A DNA stretch of 32,000 nucleotides. Origin: Acidobacteria bacterium Mor1 (GTDB taxonomy: Bacteria > Acidobacteriota > Polarisedimenticolia > Polarisedimenticolales > Polarisedimenticolaceae). This document shows positions 14,214 to 22,914 of this stretch, in pieces. The stretch covers positions 2,285,661-2,317,660 of the forward strand of contig CP011806.1 in NCBI GenBank assembly GCA_001664505.1. The letters run 5' to 3'. The translations under genes and the position numbers were made by a program. Every line of letters begins with the position of its first letter. Positions within the stretch are counted from its first letter, which is position 1. The notes beneath the pieces are model-generated. The model had not been told where the DNA came from. It worked only from the letters and a program-made list of their open reading frames with translations, and searched no databases.

Positions 14214-14349
14214 GGGGCTCGAGCCTCGAATTTCCTGGATTTCCGGGGGGCGCGGGGACCGTGGGGGGAACCGCGCGGGACCGGGTGAATATAGCGAATG
14301 GCCGGGCCCGGCGCACGTCGCCCGCCCCGGCCGCCGGGAAGCCCCGAAA

Positions 14350-15030
14350 CTAGCGCAAAACCCGGTATCTCAGGTAGATCTCATCCCCTTCCCGGGTCAG
14401 ATCGGCAAGCTCCAGCCGGGTCTGGTCGGCCATGGCGAAGCCCGGCCCCTCCAGCAGGGTCGGAGCCTCCCGGCCGCCCAGGAGCGAGGGCGCCACGGTG
14501 ATGAACAGCTCGTCGAGCAGATCCGCCTGGGCCAGCGCCCAGTTGAGCTCTCCACCACCCTCGGCCAGCAATTGCTCGACGCCCCGCTCGTGGAGCCGCT
14601 CCAGCAGTGCCGCCATATCTACCCGGCCCGACCCGACTCTCCAGACTTCCGCCTTGCCCTCGAGAGCAGCGACCCGCTCGGCCGGCGCCTCGTCGACAGT
14701 GGCGACGATCAGGCTGTCCGCCCGCTCCGGGTTGAAGAATCCGGAGTCGGGATCCACCGACAAGCTGCCACTGACCAGCACGTGCACCAGTTCGCGCTGC
14801 TTGCCCAGGGACTCCCGGTAGGCCTGCATCTCGGCGTCCCGCACGTGGAGTGGCGGATCGTCTGCCCGCAGGGTTCCGGCACCGATCAGCACCGCGTCCG
14901 CCCGGGCCCGCAGCCGGTCCATGTTCTTCTTGTCGAAGGCGGAGGTGAACTTCGGGTACTCGCGGGCCGCCGAGGTGATCTTCCCGTCGGCGGTCATCGC
15001 CATGTTGAGGTAGACGTGGGGGCGCTTCAT
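14350..15030 (-). CDS. RibD C-terminal domain / dihydrofolate-reductase-like reductase
   Basis: Start set at ATG 15030 (MKRPHVYLNMAMTADGKITS...). The motifs RADAVLIGAGTLRADDP and VEQLLAEGGGELNWAL are typical of the RibD_C/DHFR-like family. The track start at 15159 adds an Arg-rich extension. Confidence 0.8.
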   Translation of the reverse strand: MKRPHVYLNMAMTADGKITSAAREYPKFTSAFDKKNMDRLRARADAVLIGAGTLRADDPPLHVRDAEMQAYRESLGKQRELVHVLVSGSLSVDPDSGFFNPERADSLIVATVDEAPAERVAALEGKAEVWRVGSGRVDMAALLERLHERGVEQLLAEGGGELNWALAQADLLDELFITVAPSLLGGREAPTLLEGPGFAMADQTRLELADLTREGDEIYLRYRVLR

Positions 15031-15268
15031 TGGATCTGGGCTCCTGCCGCCCTTTCCGGCGGGTCGGCATAGGGGAAGCATAGCGGCGCTCAGGGAGATG
15101 TCGAGCCGCGCGGGCCGGACTCCCCTGCTGCGTCCCCCCCGCGGCAGAGTCCGGACCATCGAAACTCCCGGGGCCTTCCTCGCGTTAGGCCCAACGAGAC
15201 CCGGCGCTCACACCGGCGAGGTGCGCGCGCTCGAGGGGGCGGGCCGACCCGCCGGAGGGGGGATCGCG

Positions 15269-17488
15269 ATGAGCAGTTCGAATCGCAGCGGACGCAACCG
15301 GCCGGAATCTGGACTGCGGGCCGTGCCTGACCGCCCGGCCGCCACCCTGCGGGAGCAGGGCTTCAGCCTCGGGGATTGGACGGTCGAGCCACGGCGCAAC
15401 CGGCTGGTCGGACCCGGCGGAGAAGAGCGCAAGCTGGATCCGCGGCTGATCGACGTGCTGATCGAACTGGCCTGCCGGCCCGGCGAGGTGTTCTCCCGGG
15501 ACCAACTGCTGGAGAGTGTCTGGAAGGACGTGTTCGTCAGCGAGAACACCCTGTCCCAGGCGATCTCCCGGCTGCGGCGCGCCCTCGGAGACGACCGCAA
15601 CGCTCCCCGCTACATCGAGACGATCAGCAAATCCGGGTACCGTCTGGTCGCCGAGGTCGCCTGGCCGGATCCCGCGGGACCGCTGCACGCGGTCCCCGCC
15701 GAAACCGCCGGCACCCACCGAGCGGATCATCCAGCGGCGACGGCAACCCCGGCGCGGCGTTTCCCGGTAGCGGCCTACACCATCGCCGGAGCGGCGCTGA
15801 TCGCGGTTGCCTTCGCCACCTGGTTCATGTTGCCCCGGGAGATCGCGACATCTCCGCTTCCGGTTCATCCCGAGTCGACGCTGGTCGGCACCCAGTTCGA
15901 ACCCTACCTCTCCCCCGACGGCAGCACCCTGGCCTTTGCCTGGCAGGGGCCGGCCCAGGACAACTGGGATATCTGGGTCCACCCCATCGAGGGAGATGCC
16001 CCGGTGCGCCTGACCGACGATCCGGCAACCGAACGGCTGCCGGCCTGGTCTCCCGACGGAAAGTCGGTAGCGTTCGTTCGCTTCGACCCCGCCGGCGGCC
16101 AGTGCGGCATCTTTCGCCGGGCGATCCTCGGCGGCGCGACCGAACGGCTGGCCGACTGCGTTCGCGGAATGCGCTCGCTGACCTGGTCCCCCGACGGCTC
16201 GACCCTGTGCCTTACCGGCGCCGACGCCCCCGACGAGCCCCGGGGTCTGCGCCTGCTTCAGCTCGACAGCGGCGAGGTCACCCTGCTGACCACGCCACCA
16301 GAGGGGTCACGGGGAGATGACGACCCTGCTTTCTCTCCGGACGGCCGCTGGATCGCCTTCGAACGCCACCAGAGCCGCCATCGCCACGACCTGATGGTCG
16401 TGCCGGTTTCCGGCGGAGAACCCCGGCCCCTGACCGACGACGCCTGGGGACAGCTCCGCGGGCTCGACTGGACCGCCGACGGCAAGGCGGTGGTCATCGC
16501 CTCCAACCGCAGCGGAAGGTTCCTGCTGTGGCGTGTGCCCCTGGCCGGCGGAGAGCTCGAGCGGCTGCCGATCGAGGATGACTGGGTGACCCAACCGAGC
16601 CTGTCTCGCAGCGGTGGCCTGCTGACCTATCGCACCTTCCGCGACGAGGTCGATGTCTGGGCCTATCCGGTGTCGGGTACGGCGGGTGCGCCGACCCGGC
16701 GAGTTCCCTCGACCCGCTCCGAACGGGAAGCGGCCTGGTCCCCCGACGGCCGCTCCATCGCGTTCATCTCCGACCGCTCGGGCACGGTGGAACTGTGGTC
16801 CTCGGCACCGGACGGCGGCGGCGCACGGCGTCACACCGATCTGGCAGGCCCACTCCCCGCCTCACCGGCCTGGTCAGCCGACGGCGAGCGAATCGTCTAC
16901 GACGCGGCGGTCTTCGGGCACTCGGACCTGTGGGAAGTTCCCCGGGACGGAAGGAGGCCGGTACGTCTGACCGACCACCCGGCCGAGGACCGCAACGCGA
17001 GTTTCTCCCGGGACGGACGCCGGCTCTACTTCGCCTCGGACCGCAGCGGCAGCTGGCAGATCTGGCGCCGAAGCGTAGATGGTGGCGAAGCGGAGGTGCT
17101 GACCCGGGACGGCGGCTTCCTGGCCCAGGAATCCCCCGACGGGCGGGAACTGTTCTTCGTCAAACTGGACGAGCCGGGTATCTGGCGCATGCCGAGCAGC
17201 GGCGGCGACGCCGAGCGGCTCCCGCTGGACCTCGACCTGGGAGACTGGGGTGGCTGGACCGCCACCGACGAGGGCATCTACTTCGTGATGCGCCGCCCCA
17301 AGAGCGTCGGCTACTTCGCCTTCGCCGACGGCCAGGTCCAGACGGTCTTCGAGACCGAGAAGACCGTGCCCTATCTCTCACGCACCCTGTCCCTTTCCGC
17401 CGACGGGGACACCCTGCTGGTGTCGATCATCGACCGCAGCGACGACGAGGTGATGCGGGTCCACGATCCCGAGGGCGTCCGCTTCTGA
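15269..17488 (+). CDS. membrane-anchored one-component regulator: CadC/OmpR-type winged-helix DNA-binding domain + TM + TolB-like (PD40) beta-propeller
   Basis: ATG 15269 is preceded by GGAGGGGGG. The wHTH block is WTVEPRRNRLVG...KLDPRLIDVLIELACRPGEVFSRDQLLESVWKDVFVSENTLSQAISRLRRALGDD...YIETISKSGYRL. The TM segment is FPVAAYTIAGAALIAVAFATWFML. At least 8 PD40-like repeats follow (PAWSPDGKSVAF, LTWSPDGSTLCL, PAFSPDGRWIAF, AAWSPDGRSIAF, ...). Confidence 0.85.
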   Translation: MSSSNRSGRNRPESGLRAVPDRPAATLREQGFSLGDWTVEPRRNRLVGPGGEERKLDPRLIDVLIELACRPGEVFSRDQLLESVWKDVFVSENTLSQAISRLRRALGDDRNAPRYIETISKSGYRLVAEVAWPDPAGPLHAVPAETAGTHRADHPAATATPARRFPVAAYTIAGAALIAVAFATWFMLPREIATSPLPVHPESTLVGTQFEPYLSPDGSTLAFAWQGPAQDNWDIWVHPIEGDAPVRLTDDPATERLPAWSPDGKSVAFVRFDPAGGQCGIFRRAILGGATERLADCVRGMRSLTWSPDGSTLCLTGADAPDEPRGLRLLQLDSGEVTLLTTPPEGSRGDDDPAFSPDGRWIAFERHQSRHRHDLMVVPVSGGEPRPLTDDAWGQLRGLDWTADGKAVVIASNRSGRFLLWRVPLAGGELERLPIEDDWVTQPSLSRSGGLLTYRTFRDEVDVWAYPVSGTAGAPTRRVPSTRSEREAAWSPDGRSIAFISDRSGTVELWSSAPDGGGARRHTDLAGPLPASPAWSADGERIVYDAAVFGHSDLWEVPRDGRRPVRLTDHPAEDRNASFSRDGRRLYFASDRSGSWQIWRRSVDGGEAEVLTRDGGFLAQESPDGRELFFVKLDEPGIWRMPSSGGDAERLPLDLDLGDWGGWTATDEGIYFVMRRPKSVGYFAFADGQVQTVFETEKTVPYLSRTLSLSADGDTLLVSIIDRSDDEVMRVHDPEGVRF

Positions 17489-17500
17489 CCGGCGGCGAAC

Positions 17501-17533
17501 CCGGCGGCGCGAACAGAACGAACGCGCCGCCGG
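17501..17533. terminator. bidirectional GC-rich hairpin terminator between convergent genes
   Basis: This is a perfect 11-bp inverted repeat: CCGGCGGCGCG (17501..17511) and CGCGCCGCCGG (17523..17533), with an 11-nt loop. It sits in the 56-nt gap between stop 17488 (+) and stop 17545 (-). Confidence 0.55.
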
Positions 17534-17544
17534 GAACCAATCGA

Positions 17545-20500
17545 TCAGGGACAGACCGCGCCGTTATCCACTCGCGGCAGACCGCCGGAACTGAGTCCGT
17601 AGTCTCCGGCCCCGCTCTCACGAACCAGGATGTAGTCCACCTGCCCGGGGTCGGGTCGTAGCGAGTCGAACTGGATCGCGGCGGCGTTGCCCGCACACTG
17701 AACCGGAGTGGCCGCTCCCAGGTCGATCCGGGAGCCGGTCGATGCGACGTCGGCCAGATCTCCCCAGATCGCGTCGACCGGTCGAGCCAGGGTGGTGCCC
17801 GTGGGACAGGCGCTCGCCGGCTCGAAGTCGATGGAGGGATCGAGGCCGACCCCGGCGAGGGCCACCGTCACACAGACATCGGCGGCGCAAAACGCCTCCT
17901 GTCCGTCGGTGCGGCCGTCGCAGTCATCGTCAGCGCCGTTACGACAACGTTCGACGGCGCCGGGGAACACCAGCGGGTCTTCGTCGTCGCAGTCTCCCGC
18001 GCAGACCGCGACCAGGTCACCGTCCACGTCGAGTTCGTCGGCGGGAAGCTGGCTGTCACAGTCGTCGTCGAGTCCATTGCAGAGTTCGGCGGCGCCCGGG
18101 TTGCGGTTGCCGTCGTTGTCGTCGCAGTCGTTCTGGCACAGCGCGTAGCCGTCCCGGTCGACATCCGCCTCGGCGATCAGCAGCGATCCGTCGCAGTCCG
18201 AGTCGACACCGTCGCAGGTCTCCGGCGCACCGGGGAACGCCGTGGCCAAGAGCGGCGCGCAGTCGCAGGCGTCGCCGAAGCCATCGCCGTCGCTGTCCGC
18301 CCAACCCTGGCGCACGTCCCAGCTGCCGTCGCAAGCGGCGGTCGGTGGGCCGGCGATCTGCGGATCGCAAACGTCCCCGATACCGTCACCGTCCAGGTCG
18401 AGCTGATCGGCGTTGGCCTGGGCCGGGCAGTTGTCGCAGGCGTCTCCCCGGCCGTCTCCATCGGAGTCGTCGTCGCCACCGAAGGCGGGATCGACATCCG
18501 AGGCGACGAAGGGGCAGAGATCGAAGGGGTCGGCGAACCCGTCCCCGTCTCGATCGCCGGGCTGCATCAGGAACACGTGGACCGCACCGGCACCGCCGGC
18601 ATCTCCGGGAGCGGACGTCAACAAGTCGGCGACGCCGTTCCCGTCGACGTCGCCGCCGGCAAGGGCGGCTCCGACGCGATCTCCGGAAGCACCGAGCACC
18701 CGGGCCCGAGCCGCCGGTTCGAGCAGTTGGAGATCCAGCAGGGATCCACGGCCGACGACGTTCAGCCCGACCACCCGGCCGGCCTGGGAGGCAGGACCGC
18801 TGGCCGCGTCCGCAGCACCGGCGACCAGCTCGGCGAAGCCCTCGCCGTCGAAGTCGGCCAGCAGCAACGCCTGGCCGTAGCCTCCGGCAAAGCTGCCGAG
18901 CACCGTGTGATCGAGACTTCCGTCGGTCACGTCGGTGGTCGTTCCCGGCAGCAGCATGGCGGCGCCCCGATGCAGGTAGAGCTTGCCCTGCCCGCCTAGT
19001 GCACCGGGCGCCGATAGCGCCAGGTCCGCCTTGCCGTCATCGTCGGCGTCGGCCATCACAACCTGAGCCGCGAGCCCGTCGCCGGCGGCAGCACCGTAGA
19101 GGGCGGCCACCCGGGAGAGCCCCAGCGCCAGGTCGAGCGGATCGCCGCTGTCGACGGCTGAATCCGGCTGCAGGTAGAGGACACCCGCTCCCGCCCGGGA
19201 TACCGGACTGGCGTCGGGACCGCCGTAGGCCAGTTCGTCGAGGCCGTTGCCGTCGACATCCCCCATGGCGACCTGGGCCCCGAGGGCTCCCCCGGCGTCG
19301 GCGCCGAGGATGCGGGTGGTCACCGCCGCCGCCTCGAGCTGCAGCGGGAAGCTGTCGGTGAGCGGGACGAGATAGACCGCGCCCCGTCCGCTGGGCGGCA
19401 GCGCGCCGAAGCCGGGGGCACCGACCAGGACTTCGCCGAGATCGTCACCGTCCCAGCGCCCGAAGGCGATGGAACTTCCGAGATGATCTCCGGGGTTCTC
19501 TCCGTAGATCGTGACGTCGGCGTTCTGGGGGTCGATCGCCACCGCCCCCTCGCGCAGCGGTCCGAGGAAACCGAACACCGCGCCCTCCTCGGCACCGGCG
19601 GCCCGGGACCAGCGAGGACAACCGACGAACAGATCGGTCTGCCCGTCCTCGTCGATGTCCCCGACGGCCAACGCCTCGCCACACCCGGCCGCCGACAGGT
19701 CCGAGAGGATCGACTCCGCCGGCTCGGCGGACAGATCCCGCTGGGCGGGGGCGCTGAGTGACGACAGATCTACCACGTGGACCCCGGCGTCCGGCGATGG
19801 AGCAGGCACCGTCAGCACCAGATCGATCCGGCTGTCGCCGATCAGGTCCCCGGCGGCCAACGCCGGAGCGATGGCCGCGGAGCTGCCGGGGCCCAGGATC
19901 GTCAGGTCGGCGCTCTCGCTTGCGAGATCGCTGTGGCGTTGCCGGGTACAGGCACTGGAGCAACCGTCGCCGTCGACGGCGTTGCCGTCGTCGCAGGGTT
20001 CGCCCGGCTCGGGAACGCCGTTGCCGCAGAGCGCTGGGTCGCACAGGTCGCCGGCACCGTCGCCGTCGGCATCGAGCTGGCCCGCATTGGCCACGTAGAG
20101 ACAGTTGTCGCTCACGTCGGCGATACCGTCCCCGTCCCGGTCGAGGGAGTAGATCTCGGTCTTGGCCGTTTCGGTATTGCCGTCGCTGTCGACGGCGTAG
20201 AAGCGAAGGGTGGTGTCTCCGTTGAGCACCAGGTCGGCGACCCCCGTGGGGAAGTACAGCACACCCGGCTCACCGGGCACCGGATCGAGGGCGCCGAAGC
20301 GCACGTAGAGATCCGCCGGTTCGTCGCTGCGCAGCTGCACGGCGATGCCGTCCTGCTGATACAGCCCGCCGGGAGGTGTCGCCTGGGTCGTGGGAGCGTC
20401 ACCGTCGGCTACCAGGTAGTCCCCCACCTGTCCGGAGATCGCCGCCAGCGCCGCCGGATCGCACGCGGCGGTGACGATGTCATCGACCAGGTCATCCATG

Positions 20501-22914
20501 CGGGCGGTCAGGTTCTGGATCTCACCGGGCAGCGAGGCAGCGGCGATCAGGGCATCGCCGATCACCGATGCGCCGCAGGTCACCTGGGAGGCCCGGGTGT
20601 TCTTGGAAGCGACCGGCACCAGTGGATCGATCTGCCCGCCCTCGAGTTCGAAGGCCTGAAGCACCGCCTCGGCCAGTGCCGTACCGGCGGTCTCGATGTG
20701 CCCCAGGTCGACACTGTTGCCCTGGGCGGCGTCGACCACCGCGGCGACCACGTCGGGCCGCATGCTGAGAGCCTCGGCGTACTTGCCGAACACTCCCGCC
20801 TCGGCGTCCTCTTCGCTCTGGCTGTCGTCGAGTTGTTGCGCGCCACGCACCGCACCGGCCACCGCGCCGGATTGATCGAGAACGAGAGCGGACACCTCCG
20901 CCACCGCCAACGCGTCGTAGCCCTGTTCGTCCATGCCGGTCTGCACCGCCGGAGGCAGCGCTCCGCTGCGCAGGTGCTCGGTCAGCACCGCCTCGCTGCG
21001 CAGACCCGGATCGGCGAGAGCCTCGAGCACGGTAAACAGCGCGTCGGCGAACGGTGCGTAGCCGTCAAAAGCGGTCAGCCCGCTATCTCCGGCGGCGTGT
21101 TCCACCAGATAGGCGTGGAGGCCCAGGTCCATCTGAGGCAACCCGTCTTCCAGTTCGCTGGAGCTACATCCCTGGCCGATGCGGCCCAGCTCGCCGGCGC
21201 ACTGCCCGGCGAGGAACCCCAGTTCCACCAGGCGCTGCTCCAGCTCGTGGCCGCTGAGGGCGGCCCGGGCGCTGGCACCCGGATCGAGAGGGAGATCGAC
21301 GATGGCGGTATCGGCAGCGAAGGCCGCCTGAGCCGCGGCGAGCCACGCCGCGCCGTCCTGCCAACCGGCCGCCGGCTCGGCGGACGCGATCTGGAACCGG
21401 GGCACCAGACGCTGAAACACGTTGGAACCGGCAATGGCGCCGACCGTCTGCTCCTCACCGCGGGTGGAGAACAGGTTGAAGAACGACCCGCCTCCGTCGG
21501 TGAACACCTGGGGCCCACGGCGGAGTTCGGCACCCCGCAGATCGATGGCCGTGACCTCGACACCCACCTGGGGCAGCCCGCCGAGCACCGTGCGGCCGGA
21601 CAGGCGCAGCGCACCCGCCGGGTTCGTCGGCGAGGCATTGCCGCATCCGGCGCCGCCGCAGTCGGCATCGGTGGTGCAGGCACCGCCGAACGCCGTGCCG
21701 CCGCAGGTCAGGCTGCAGCCGGAGCCACCGCAATCATCCTCGCTCTGACAGACGAACCCGGCGCTGCCGCCGCCGATGCAGTAGCGATTGGTGAACAGAT
21801 CGGTCCCCTGAAGCAACTCCCGCAGATCGTCAATGCCGTCACCGTCGGAATCGTTGGCCGGCAGCAGCGGATCGAACCCGGGGCGGGCCCGCAGAGACTC
21901 GTCGACCTCGTAGAGGTCGGGAATCCCGTCGAAATCGGTGTCGACCCCGAGCGGCTGGTTCACCGCGAAGGCCGCGATGCGCGTCGGCCCCTGCTCCAGG
22001 GTGTCGGTGCGTTGGGCGAAGAAGCGGATCTCGGTGTTCTTGTAGACGTAGAGCGGGCGCATGTACGGATGCGCCTGGACGTAGGTCCCCGCCTGCCCCG
22101 GCACCGGGTCGGTGCCGTCGACGGTGTAGTAGATCGAGAGACAGCGGGGCTGCCCGGCCTCGACGCAGGGATCGGGACGGGTCGGGAGCAGCATCACCGG
22201 GAAGGTGTTGCCCACGTTGCCGCTCGGCGGCGAGGCGTAGGCGTCGATGGCGTTGACGTCGCCGGGGTCAGCCTGGTCTCCCACCGGCAGCAGCGACCAT
22301 GAGTCGCGCATGCGATTGACCACGATCCGGTCGGCCCCGTGAATGCCGTCGAGGTCGGCGAACAGCTCGTCGTCGATCAACGGCGTGATCCCCCCTCCCA
22401 GCGGCGGTGCCGCCACGAAGGTGCCGTTGCCGACCCCCTCGAAGAAGTACTCCGTCGCGCCGGCGAGCCCGGCTCCGGGATCCAGGGCCAGGTGCAGCAC
22501 CACGTCGATGCCGCTGCCCAGGTTGGAGGCGAACTCCCCGCTGCGCAGGCCGATCACCAGCTCCCCCGGGTTGCCCACCGGCGTGCTGAAGCCTGCATTG
22601 AAGTTCCCGCTGCCGTCTCCGAGCAGAATGCCCAGGGTCGGCTGGGAAACACCGAAACGATCGAGTTCGTCGTAGGCCAGGATCAGATCGAGATCGCCAT
22701 CCCCCTCGACGTCACCGACGGTGACGCCGTGGGCCAGATCGCCCACGGCCCAGCGGACCGGGGTGCGAAGACTGCCGTCGAGATTCCGCAGTTCGATCTC
22801 GACGGTGCCGTGGAAGGACTGGGCGCACAGGGGCGCGGCGGCGGCGCACAGGCCGATTGCCAGCGCCATGCAGATGAGTATTCGGATACAGCGGTTCATT
22901 CCAGGCGTCCTCAT
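17545..22914 (-). CDS. giant secreted mosaic protein: FG-GAP/VCBS repeats, thrombospondin type-3-like Ca-binding repeats, Myxococcus-type Cys-rich repeat, MopE-like 'putative metal-binding' repeats
   Basis: The start is revised to ATG 22914 (ATGA overlap with the upstream stop). ATG 22899 is an alternative. The signal peptide is MRTPGMNRCIRILICMALAIGLCAAAAPLCAQS. FG-GAP/VCBS units include GDVEGDGDLDLI, GDIDEDGQTDLFVGCP, GDVDGNGLDELAYGGP, ADADDDGKADLALSAPG and GDVDGNGVADLLTSAPG. TSP3-like units are DRDGDGIADVSDNCLYVANAGQLDADGDGAGDLCDP and DSDGDGRGDACDNCPAQANADQLDLDGDGIGDVCDP. The Cys-rich repeat is CGNGVPEPGEPCDDGNAVDGDGCSSAC. MopE-like units are DSDGDGFGDACDC..., DVDRDGYALCQNDCDDND... and DVDGDLVAVCAGDCDDEDP.... 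Confidence 0.85.
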   Translation of the reverse strand: MRTPGMNRCIRILICMALAIGLCAAAAPLCAQSFHGTVEIELRNLDGSLRTPVRWAVGDLAHGVTVGDVEGDGDLDLILAYDELDRFGVSQPTLGILLGDGSGNFNAGFSTPVGNPGELVIGLRSGEFASNLGSGIDVVLHLALDPGAGLAGATEYFFEGVGNGTFVAAPPLGGGITPLIDDELFADLDGIHGADRIVVNRMRDSWSLLPVGDQADPGDVNAIDAYASPPSGNVGNTFPVMLLPTRPDPCVEAGQPRCLSIYYTVDGTDPVPGQAGTYVQAHPYMRPLYVYKNTEIRFFAQRTDTLEQGPTRIAAFAVNQPLGVDTDFDGIPDLYEVDESLRARPGFDPLLPANDSDGDGIDDLRELLQGTDLFTNRYCIGGGSAGFVCQSEDDCGGSGCSLTCGGTAFGGACTTDADCGGAGCGNASPTNPAGALRLSGRTVLGGLPQVGVEVTAIDLRGAELRRGPQVFTDGGGSFFNLFSTRGEEQTVGAIAGSNVFQRLVPRFQIASAEPAAGWQDGAAWLAAAQAAFAADTAIVDLPLDPGASARAALSGHELEQRLVELGFLAGQCAGELGRIGQGCSSSELEDGLPQMDLGLHAYLVEHAAGDSGLTAFDGYAPFADALFTVLEALADPGLRSEAVLTEHLRSGALPPAVQTGMDEQGYDALAVAEVSALVLDQSGAVAGAVRGAQQLDDSQSEEDAEAGVFGKYAEALSMRPDVVAAVVDAAQGNSVDLGHIETAGTALAEAVLQAFELEGGQIDPLVPVASKNTRASQVTCGASVIGDALIAAASLPGEIQNLTARMDDLVDDIVTAACDPAALAAISGQVGDYLVADGDAPTTQATPPGGLYQQDGIAVQLRSDEPADLYVRFGALDPVPGEPGVLYFPTGVADLVLNGDTTLRFYAVDSDGNTETAKTEIYSLDRDGDGIADVSDNCLYVANAGQLDADGDGAGDLCDPALCGNGVPEPGEPCDDGNAVDGDGCSSACTRQRHSDLASESADLTILGPGSSAAIAPALAAGDLIGDSRIDLVLTVPAPSPDAGVHVVDLSSLSAPAQRDLSAEPAESILSDLSAAGCGEALAVGDIDEDGQTDLFVGCPRWSRAAGAEEGAVFGFLGPLREGAVAIDPQNADVTIYGENPGDHLGSSIAFGRWDGDDLGEVLVGAPGFGALPPSGRGAVYLVPLTDSFPLQLEAAAVTTRILGADAGGALGAQVAMGDVDGNGLDELAYGGPDASPVSRAGAGVLYLQPDSAVDSGDPLDLALGLSRVAALYGAAAGDGLAAQVVMADADDDGKADLALSAPGALGGQGKLYLHRGAAMLLPGTTTDVTDGSLDHTVLGSFAGGYGQALLLADFDGEGFAELVAGAADAASGPASQAGRVVGLNVVGRGSLLDLQLLEPAARARVLGASGDRVGAALAGGDVDGNGVADLLTSAPGDAGGAGAVHVFLMQPGDRDGDGFADPFDLCPFVASDVDPAFGGDDDSDGDGRGDACDNCPAQANADQLDLDGDGIGDVCDPQIAGPPTAACDGSWDVRQGWADSDGDGFGDACDCAPLLATAFPGAPETCDGVDSDCDGSLLIAEADVDRDGYALCQNDCDDNDGNRNPGAAELCNGLDDDCDSQLPADELDVDGDLVAVCAGDCDDEDPLVFPGAVERCRNGADDDCDGRTDGQEAFCAADVCVTVALAGVGLDPSIDFEPASACPTGTTLARPVDAIWGDLADVASTGSRIDLGAATPVQCAGNAAAIQFDSLRPDPGQVDYILVRESGAGDYGLSSGGLPRVDNGAVCP

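Noticed and set aside
10953-14288. Antisense ORFs 10953..11783 (-, over the GNAT gene), 11752..12246 (+, over the OMP gene) and 13302..14288 (+, over the rhodanese-MTase gene).
   Set aside because: They have no motifs and Arg/Gly/Val-rich composition. The opposite strands encode recognisable domains.
14300-14332. GGCCGGG...CCCGGCC inverted repeat after the RibD_C-like gene stop, considered as a possible terminator.
   Set aside because: It has only a 7-bp stem with a 19-nt loop and no U-tract. This is too weak to call in DNA where GC-rich palindromes are frequent.
15031-15268. Possible FMN riboswitch upstream of the RibD_C-like reductase gene.
   Set aside because: Read on the minus strand, the region has none of the conserved FMN-element core sequences I know, only generic GC-rich hairpins. 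The gene is also a stand-alone DHFR-like reductase, not a rib operon.
17742-22302. Long plus-strand ORFs antisense to the giant gene (17742..19361, 539 aa, extremely Arg-rich; 19777..22302, 841 aa), plus many shorter ORFs in alternative frames on both strands.
   Set aside because: They have extreme Arg/Gly/Pro composition and no start context. The minus frame shows dozens of recognisable FG-GAP/TSP3/Cys-rich repeat units.
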